NCBI RefSeq assembly: GCF_001194135.2 | Contig: NC_068986.1 | Span: 20,120,532-20,162,471 of the forward strand | Direction of reading: 5' to 3' | DNA from: Octopus bimaculoides | Lineage: Eukaryota | Length of the DNA: 41,940 nucleotides | Shown here: positions 33,661 through 41,940 of the stretch, one piece after another | Layout of the letters: each line of letters opens with the position of its first letter | Numbering within the stretch: position 1 is the stretch's first letter | Notes under the pieces: generated by a model | Databases searched by the model: none | What the model was told of the DNA's origin: nothing | The model's input: only the letters and a program-made list of their open reading frames with translations | Translations under genes and position numbers: made by a program

Positions 33661-34399
33661 GTTCATATGTAAACACTACATGAAGCATAAAATAATTTCT
33701 TTATGTTTGACTAAACGAGATTTTTATACTTCTTCGGTACTTTGGGAACATGTAAGTTTGGAAAACTTTTCCTCGTAGTCTAAGGTTGGCTCTTGTCCAA
33801 TTATGCCTCTTAGAACCGACCATTAGAATAATGGAGTTAGAATTTGAAACAATATCAATAAGTTGACAGTTTGATTTAGTGAAAATTTCATAGAGTTTTT
33901 TTTCTTGAAATTTGGCTTAGTATCGCATAAGCCTTTCACCTTTGGTCGTTACCTTAATCACTCTTAGAAGACATGTCTGGTTAGTTTTTAAAGATATTCT
34001 TTTATGGCAATGATTCAGCTCTTAGATTAATGTTGAACTGAATGTGTGTCGCTAACTTTTAAAAATTGTTTGCAAATTATTTGAGAATTGCAGCAAACGC
34101 CTCAATACGGGTTGAATGGTAAGTAGCTGTAATTCGGTCATCGGCACTACATTGACATTTTAATTTCGATGGATCAGTGGAACCAACTTCATATGCGTAC
34201 CACAGGATGGTACAGGTCATCAATGTAAAACATAGAGAACTGCTTAACTGTCGAGTGTTTTGTTAAGGTTAACTCTGTAATTATGGCTTAGAAAGGGGTG
34301 GCTTCAGCAAGGTAATTTACTCATACGCACTACTTAAATACTTCAGTGTACCCCACTCACTACTATGCAATTCGAAGGCGCATAGAACTCAATATTTTA

Positions 34400-34537
34400 C
34401 TTGAAGAATTTTTAGTCAAATGCATCGACTCCAGTACTTATATTTTTAAACCTGGTAATTACTCTATTAGTCTCTTTGGTTGAACCGTTGAGTTACGGAG
34501 ACATAAACGCACCAACATCGGTTGGCACACCCATGTC

Positions 34538-34600
<63 letters not shown>

Positions 34601-34740
34601 ATACCGAGAAAGAAGGAGAAAAAGAGAGGGGGAGAGAGAGAAAGAGAGAGAGAGAGATACGTCTGGTTNNNNNNNNNNAAGAGAGAGAGAGAGATACGTC
34701 TGGTTTCTGCTAGCCTCCGTTTACCAAATTCCCACAAGGC
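34400..34740 (-). mobile_element. SINE family A, partial bipartite copy
   Basis: TTGAACCGTTGAGTTACGGAGAC...microsatellite...CTCCGTTTACCAAATTCCCACAAGGC. Confidence 0.7.
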
Positions 34741-36580
34741 GCACGAGCACAACAAAAGAAAGAAAGAAAGAAAGAAAGATAGAAAGAAAGAAAGAAAGAT
34801 AGAAAGAAAGAAATAAAGAAAAGAAAAATGAAAGGAAGAGGGAGAGAAGGAGAAGAAAAACGATGGCAAAGGTTATGAAATGTTTAATGATACAGGCTAT
34901 CGGGAAAACATTATCAACAGAAGGACGTTCAATTGCTGAGCAAAAGATGCTCTTTGAAAGGGAATTTAATTACTGTAGTTCGATGAAACAATTCGTGTGC
35001 GTATGTGTGTGTCTGTGTTTGTGTTTGTTTGTGGTGTATGTGTATGTATATGTGTCAGTAAGTACGTTGTGTGCGTGTGTGTGTGTGAGTGCGTTTGTGT
35101 GTGTGTTGCCTTGACAAGGGAAGGTACAGTAAAAAAAAGTCTAGATATCCTACCACAAAAGAAAAAAGGAAAAAAAAAACAGAATTCTATTCGTTTTGGT
35201 GTGAGGAGAGAAGCACTATCTAATATTTTGGGCATAGATCTTCATCAGAGAAAGATGAGACAATTATGCATATTTTGATCGAACCACCCGCGGCGAAAGA
35301 TAAACTCTAACGTGTTGGAGCAAGATTGCGTTGCGATGCAGAGTTTCAAAGAAAAACAACGGTGTCGGGAGTAACGAAACATTAGCGACTACACAGTAAC
35401 ATGAAGTAACATTATATTTTTAAGAGTAAATAAGAAGACACTGAGACATTTTAATGTAAGTGATTAACATAGTTCTTGTCCATGAACGGCTGACTGAGAA
35501 TTACGACCTTATAAAATATCTTTGATATATTTCTGAGCAACTCAACTTAGATATGATATACAACTTGCAGGTTTCATAAAATATAGTTTTTTTCTTTTGT
35601 TTTTTTTTTGTTTTTTTTTTTTGCTTTTTTTTTTTGGCTTTTTCTTGTTATTTCTCAGCAGATATGTCATTTGCTAACGCGAGAGGCTGCTTGTAAGATG
35701 TGATTAAAATCCAGTTATTTATGCTAAGACTATAGTAATGACAAAACAAAACTACATATATACATACATACATACATACAGTCATTTATTCATAATTGAA
35801 TAGAAGGATAAAATCACGTTAATGATTATATCAAGTAGTCAGCATGAAATAAAAATTTATAGGTAATTTATATATTATAATATNNNNNNNNNNNNNNNNN
35901 NNNNNNNNNNNNNNNNNNNNNNNNNNNNNNNNNNNNNNNNNNNNNNNNNNNNNNNNNNNNNNNNNNNNNNNNNNNNNNNNNNNNNNNNNNNNNNNNNNNN
36001 NNNNNNNNNNNNNNNNNNNNNNNNNNNNNNNNNNNNNNNNNNNNNNNNNNNNNNNNNNNNNNNNNNNNNNNNNNNNNNNNNNNNNNNNNNNNNNNNNNNN
36101 NNNNNNNNNNNNNNNNNNNNNNNNNNNNNNNNNNNNNNNNNNNNNNNNNNNNNNNNNNNNNNNNNNNNNNNNNNNNNNNNNNNNNNNNNNNNNNNNNNNN
36201 NNNNNNNNNNNNNNNNNNNNNNNNNNNNNNNNNNNNNNNNNNNNNNNNNNNNNNNNNNNNNNNNNNNNNNNNNNNNNNNNNNNNNNNNNNNNNNNNNNNN
36301 NNNNNNNNNNNNNNNNNNNNNNNNNNNNNNNNNNNNNNNNNNNNNNNNNNNNNNNNNNNNNNNNNNNNNNNNNNNNNNNNNNNNNNNNNNNNNNNNNNNN
36401 NNNNNNNNNNNNNNNNNNNNNNNNNNNNNNNNNNNNNNNNNNNNNNNNNNNNNNNNNNNNNNNNNNNNNNNNNNNNNNNNNNNNNNNNNNNNNNNNNNNN
36501 NNNNNNNNNNNNNNNNNNNNNNNNNNNNNNNNNNNNNNNNNNNNNNNNNNNNNNNNNNNNNNNNNNNNNNNNNNNNNNNN

Positions 36581-36615
<35 letters not shown>

Positions 36616-36654
36616 CATACAATACACACGCGCACACACACATAGTTGAAGTTT

Positions 36655-36770
36655 ATGGAAAAACAAAAGACGAAGACAGGTGTATGAACAACAAGCGAGT
36701 GTATTAGTTTGACGCTCGGGAAAGATGAAAACTCTTTTACGTTTCGAGCCTACGCTCTTCAACTGAAAGG
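36655..36770 (-). mobile_element. Short Penelope-like terminal repeat with hammerhead-like motif (copy 3)
   Basis: Minus strand CCTTT-CAGTTGA-A-GAGC-GTAG-GCTC-GAAAC-GTA-AAAGAG. Confidence 0.6.
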
Positions 36771-36979
36771 AATAAAAGAAAATAAACAGAGAGAGAATGG
36801 AGAAAACTTGTAGAGCTCAGCGGATTGTTTGTTATGGCCGGTCAGAGAATCACCATTGGTTGCGCCTTATAGGTGCGAAGCCAATAGTTACTCTCTGAAC
36901 AGCCATAACAAACAACCTTACTGTAAAGTTTCAGCGTGCTTCTTTTTTGGATATATGAACTACAGGCCGATAAATATAT

Positions 36980-37430
36980 ACAAAAGTGTGCAGTGGAGTG
37001 AAAGCTTTTTAAGAAACCAGGATGACCCATGCGAAACTCAAAAGAAATTTAAAGAAAAGTGCTACGACCAACGAGAAAACGAATCCCAACAATCTTTCTG
37101 CATGCGCAATTTGTGACAGACTATGCCTTTCTTTTGCTGAGCTCAAATCTCATTTGTGGACCCATGGAAAATGAACCTCCACTAACTACTCTGTCTAACT
37201 ATCCGTGCATACCTGTCAATGCCGTGTATGTCATAAGGTCTGCAAATCTAACAGAGGCCCCAAAAGATATTTTAAGATCCACAAAGATCAGAAACCTATT
37301 TGCAGTTCTCGGTGATCTAAAGCAGATATGCAATTTATGTGGATGTCTTTTCAAAACATTATCTGGTTTAAAAAGCCACATCAGACGCCATGATAGATCT
37401 AAGGTGTCGTCGCCATCATCATAGTCATCG
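36980..37430 (+). mobile_element. 3' end of an RTE-type LINE ORF2 with three C2H2 zinc fingers (pseudogenised)
   Basis: GVKAF*ETRMTHAKLKRNLKK, then CAICDRLCLSFAELKSHLWTH (37103-37165), degenerate CRVCHKVCKSNRGPKRYFKIH (37220-37282) and CNLCGCLFKTLSGLKSHIRRH (37329-37391, shifted frame); in-frame stops between the fingers. Confidence 0.75.
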
Positions 37431-37434
37431 TCAT

Positions 37435-37640
37435 AATTTTAATTTACCTTCCATGTTGGTAAGGGCCGGACAATTTAACGGGATCCAAAGTCGGAAGCAC
37501 ACGTCTTGTCCCAGTGTCTCACTTTTGGCATGGTTTCTATGGCTTGATACCCTTCTTAAAATCAACCATTTTACAGAGTACACTGGATACTTTTTCATGG
37601 CACCAGCACCAATGAAGTCGCTTTGTAACCTGCAAGACAA
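37435..37640 (-). mobile_element. Degraded SINE or LINE 3' tail of RTE-partner type
   Basis: Minus strand TGGTTGATTTTAAGAAGGGTATCAAGCCATAGAAACCATGCC resembles the recalled GGAAGGGCATCCAGCCGTAGAAAC tail. Confidence 0.45.
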
Positions 37641-38084
37641 AAGAGGCACATCGACTCAGAAGAAGGGGAAGAAATAAGGTGGTCGTTTTATACATGGTAT
37701 TGAGAGGTTCAAATGTATGATGGGAAGAGTAGAAACAGGTTTTAATGTGGTAGTGGAAATCCATAGGCAGCTTGCATTTCGTATGCCTTGATAGGGGTTA
37801 CTGAAGTGGTACCCGAAAGAAGGTGCCAGAATGTACTCTCAAGGTAACATATCTATGAAGGTGAATATGAGAGGGCGAGTATATAGGAGAATCGAGGGGT
37901 GAAGCTGAAAGACTGTACGAGGAGAGTGAGAGATGGTTGCATACGAGAGGCGGAAATTGAGAGATGTATATAGGGTATGGATGTAGTGAATGGAATATAT
38001 GAATATTTGCTTGTATTTAAGTATATAAGTATATAAATGAGGAGCATTTATCTATCATGCATAATTCATTACAAGTTATGTGAA

Positions 38085-38088
38085 TGTG

Positions 38089-38130
<42 letters not shown>

Positions 38131-38278
38131 AATCTATCTGTCTCTAGCTAGCTAGCAACCTATTTATCTATCAATCTATCTGCTTAATATATATCTATAT
38201 CCATCAGTATATCTATAGCTATATCTACATCTATCCATGTATTTGTGTGTGTGTGTGTATTTCTGTTCTGTCTGTCTA

Positions 38279-38317
<39 letters not shown>

Positions 38318-38431
38318 TTATATCAAGCTAGGTAGCTATCTGTTTATCTATCACTCTATCTATTTAATATTTATCTATCATCTATCTCTCTCTATGTGTA
38401 TGTGTGCGCGTATTTCTGTTTTGTCTGTCTA

Positions 38432-38486
<55 letters not shown>

Positions 38487-38593
38487 TTATGTTGATCTAT
38501 CAATCTATCAATATAGCTACACCTATATCTATCTATTTTTCTATCTGCATCTACCTACATCTACCTACCTATCTATCTAAATGTTTGTGTGTG

Positions 38594-38670
<77 letters not shown>
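38085..38670. repeat. Compound (TCTA)n / (TG)n microsatellites
   Basis: Direct reading. Confidence 0.9.
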
Positions 38671-38672
<2 letters not shown>

Positions 38673-39094
38673 CAGTGGGCTAAGAATTGTGAAAGATTTA
38701 AACGTTCAAATCCCAATGTCACCTCCTACAAGAAAAGGTTAAACGGAAGATGATGTGGCGGGGTGGGGTTTGGAGTGGGGGCGTTGAAGGTAAAAAGTGT
38801 CAGTAGAAGTATCTTTCTCTCTCTCTCTTTGTCTCTCTCCCTCCCTCCCCCCTCTATCTCTCTCGATTTGTAAATAACACTTCGTAAAAAAATTCTTATC
38901 TGGAATGTTGTAGAGATGGAGAAAAAGGACGAGGTGTGGCAGGAGCGCTTCCGAAATCTGCCGATGAAACCTACATTTTCTCAATGAAATACATTTATCG
39001 CAGCTTCCTTTCTGTTTCCTGCCAAATGATAATAAAAAATCTTGATAATGATGATAAGAAATAAATAACACCTCCAAGAGTAACAATTACGAGG

Positions 39095-39655
39095 ATTTCT
39101 AACATAGGCGTAAATCCACCGCGTTTTGGAGAAGAGGTACAGTCAGGTACTTCGGCTCCTGTACTTCATTCACTAGTACTTTAATTTACCGGTCAAGAAA
39201 ACATGAAAGCCATAACCATCAACTGCAGTTAAATATGAACTTATAACGTAAAGGAACGTATTCGAATATCGCAAGTCGGTTCGCCCGTTACTCAACCGAT
39301 TCTGTTAACTCCGCATTAGCAAATCTTCAACTTGTTTCAGTCATTAGACTGCGGCCATCCTGGGACACCGTCTTGAAGAATTCATAGTCGAACGAAAAGG
39401 TCCCAGTACTTGGTTTCTGAAGGCTGGTACTTATTTTATTGATCTCTTGCGCCGAACTGCTAAGTTACGGGGACGTAAACACACCAACACCAGTTGTCAA
39501 GTGGTGGGTGAGGGACATACACAGTCGCAAAGACATACACTCACGTACGCACGTGCGCGCACACACACACACTCACACACACATACACACACACAAACAC
39601 ACACACACATATGCATACATACATACATACGACGGGATTCTCTCAGTTTTCATTT
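39095..39655 (-). mobile_element. Degraded SINE B followed by SINE A (3' module plus microsatellite)
   Basis: CTAGTACTTTAATTTACCGG...GAACTTATAACGTAAAG; CTTGTTTCAGTCATTAGACTGCGGCCAT...GCTAAGTTACGGGGACGTAAACACACC. Confidence 0.7.
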
Positions 39656-39890
39656 TCCAAATAATAACCATAATAATAATAATGATTATGATGATGATGA
39701 TAATAACAACAACAGCAACACAACTAATATTGATAGTGATGGTGATGGTGATGGGACGAGGACGATGAGGACGATGATGACAATGACGATGACAATGGTT
39801 ACAATGATGATGGCGGTGGTGGTGGTAGTGGTGGTGTAGATTTTTATGAATTCACAATGATACAATGAATGAAAGAATCCCATCATCTAA

Positions 39891-40025
39891 GGGGCGGGGT
39901 TTGTTTGATTGACACGCTATGTCTTAATGGTATTTACTCTACTAAACTCGAAACGCTGAAATGCAAAGCAGACGCCGAAGGATTTCGAGTGAGTGACGTC
40001 ACTAAATGAGTGACGTCACTAAATA
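39891..40025. promoter_or_regulatory. Candidate regulatory cluster: GC-box and tandem CRE palindromes
   Basis: GGGGCGGGG at 39891-39899; AGTGACGTCACT at 39992-40003 and 40010-40021. Function not demonstrated. Confidence 0.3.
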
Positions 40026-40189
40026 CTGTAAGGTATTTCATCCAGCGTCCTTACAATTCTGCTCTGCATTACCTAACCCCACTACTGTGGCAGAATATCA
40101 ATTAAACTATGTCGAAATGGAAAGCAACCATATCACTACAAGCGAAAGAGAGGATAAAAATCTAGCCCCTTATATTCTTTTATTCTTTT

Positions 40190-40423
40190 ATTCGTTTCAG
40201 TCATTTCACTGCGGCCATGCCGGAGCATCGCCTTTAGTCGGACAAATCGACCCCAGGACTTATTTTTTGTAAGTTCAGTATTTATTCTATCGCCGTCTCT
40301 TTTTGCCGAACCGTTAAGTGACGGGGACGTAAACACACCAACATCGGTTGTCAAGCGTTGGTGGAGGGACAAACGCAGAGACAAATAGCAAATACATACC
40401 TATATACATATATACATGTATAC

Positions 40424-40492
<69 letters not shown>

Positions 40493-40504
40493 CATATATA
40501 TATA
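40190..40504 (-). mobile_element. SINE family A, 3' module plus (TA)n running into the gap
   Basis: GTTTCAGTCATTTCACTGCGGCCATGC...CATCGGTTGTCAAGCG. Confidence 0.85.
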
Positions 40505-40944
40505 NNNNNNNNNNNNNNNNNNNNNNNNNNNNNNNNNNNNNNNNNNNNNNNNNNNNNNNNNNNNNNNNNNNNNNNNNNNNNNNNNNNNNNNNNNNNNNNN
40601 NNNNNNNNNNNNNNNNNNNNNNNNNNNNNNNNNNNNNNNNNNNNNNNNNNNNNNNNNNNNNNNNNNNNNNNNNNNNNNNNNNNNNNNNTGGCATAAATAA
40701 ATTTATATTCTATTTAGAATGTCTTACAGCTGTTTCAGGGAAAATTCAATGTATCCCTTCATCGGAGACGGTAATAGTAGAAGATAAGGATTATTACATC
40801 TGTATGAGGAGATTTGCAGTAAGAAATGAGAGCGATGCGGAGAAGAAAAAACAAAGAAGAAAAAGTACTTGGAATATAGTTCCATTCCAAAAGTAAATAT
40901 CCATGTATAGAATCCGTGTGGGTATTTTCCAGTGATAATTATAC

Positions 40945-41141
40945 ACAAGGCCTGAAATTTGGTAGGAGGGGCTAGTCGATTACATCAGCCCCAATACTCA
41001 ACTGGTACTTATTTTATCCACCCCGAATGGATGAAAGGCAAAGTCGACTTCGGCAGAATTTGAACTCAGAACGTAGAGATGGACGAAATGCCGCTAAATA
41101 GTTTACCCGGGGCGGTAACGATTCTGCCAGCTCACCGCCTT
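40945..41141 (-). mobile_element. SINE family B, tail type 2
   Basis: Core and head match. Confidence 0.85.
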
Positions 41142-41329
41142 TATATAATAGATTGATATTTAAAAAAATTTAAATTCAGTACTTGAAAGAGGACAATTGG
41201 TGTTAGTATCTCTTCATCCTAGTCATAAACTTAAGTTTCAACATAAGTTAAGCGAATAGGGAGAGTAGATAAAAAAGATTTTTTTGCTGAAACCATTATC
41301 TTATTTTGATATAGATAAAATATACCAAT

Positions 41330-41730
41330 CCCGTATACAAGGAGGAAGAAGTTTCATACGAAATATATTGGTAAGTAACGACACTAGGAGCTGAAAAACA
41401 CTTTATAGGTAAACATAGAGAAATAGGTAAGTAAGAGAACATGAAAAAAAACAGGTTTTCCAATAAATATGAAAATATGGACATATCAATCCCTTCTGGC
41501 GAAAATATAACCAGAAAGAAACTTTTTGAACAAAATAAAACTATCAATGTACGAAAATCATAAAATGAAAATGTATAAAACGTGGGGTATACACGTAAAA
41601 CCAGTAGCCACAATAATCGGTGATGCATAAGGAAATAGGAAAAAAATATTAAAATATTCCAAGGAGTATAACTTTGCAAGGTAGTTAAAAGAATTATCCT
41701 TAGCCTACATTCTATACAGGATATTTTCAT
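41330..41730 (+). mobile_element. Old, highly degenerate R4/Dong-type LINE 3' end
   Basis: MDISIPSGENITRK...KLSMY...KTWGIHVKPV..IIG...AYILYRIFS parallels the RLE C-terminal pattern IDxSIP...KxxKY...W...P.I.G...AHILRKVL. Confidence 0.45.
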
Positions 41731-41764
41731 TTTACTAGTACAATGGTATTGCACACTTTATGTA

Positions 41765-41940
41765 CAATCATTTCCCTTAAACTACAAAGCAGCCTACACA
41801 GCACATACGCAACACGAACATCAACCAATAATATAACAGATTCACACAAAGGCATATCTTACAGAGACACTTCCTTAAAAAACATAGCTAACACAACACG
41901 CATTCAACACCACAAATAGACGAAATACTACAAAAACATT
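41765..41940 (+). mobile_element. Possible Penelope-like RT fragment running off the window end
   Basis: Frameshifted pieces PLNYKAAY, LKNIA and QIDEILQKH resemble the Penelope RT C-terminal region. Confidence 0.35.

Noticed and set aside
34649-34707. Direct repeat GAGAGATACGTCTGGTT on both sides of a 10-N gap (similarly 21238-21247)
   Set aside because: Most likely unmerged contig overlap, an assembly artefact.
4314-40700. Long ORFs containing X runs
   Set aside because: They stay open only because N-gaps contain no stop codons.
377-41754. Most ORF-track entries (poly-CV, YI, TH, LS, D/M runs)
   Set aside because: They are translations of microsatellites, purine tracts or SINEs; no coding evidence.

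Overview
Eukaryotic, AT-rich, microsatellite-dense scaffold with 8 N-gaps. The repeat families look like those of Octopus (inferred from recall, not a database search). No complete protein-coding gene, rRNA, true tRNA or CRISPR array is supportable, and almost all ORF-track entries are microsatellite or N artefacts. The window holds three tRNA-derived SINE families (called A, B, C here; about 37 copies), a decayed Ty3/gypsy element with PPT and 3' LTR, and fragments of RTE, R4/Dong-type and possibly Penelope-like non-LTR elements. One RTE fragment ends in three C2H2 fingers. There are also hAT and other MITEs, a Helentron-like non-autonomous element, and a few unconfirmed candidate exons. Most interesting: (1) SINEs repeatedly inserted into, or just upstream of, the Pol III head of older copies of their own family (5 loci, with TSD evidence); (2) three copies of a short repeat carrying a Penelope-type minimal hammerhead-like motif with a variant core; (3) strong strand bias of family B but not family A; (4) long fold-back hairpins that could be ADAR or small-RNA substrates.
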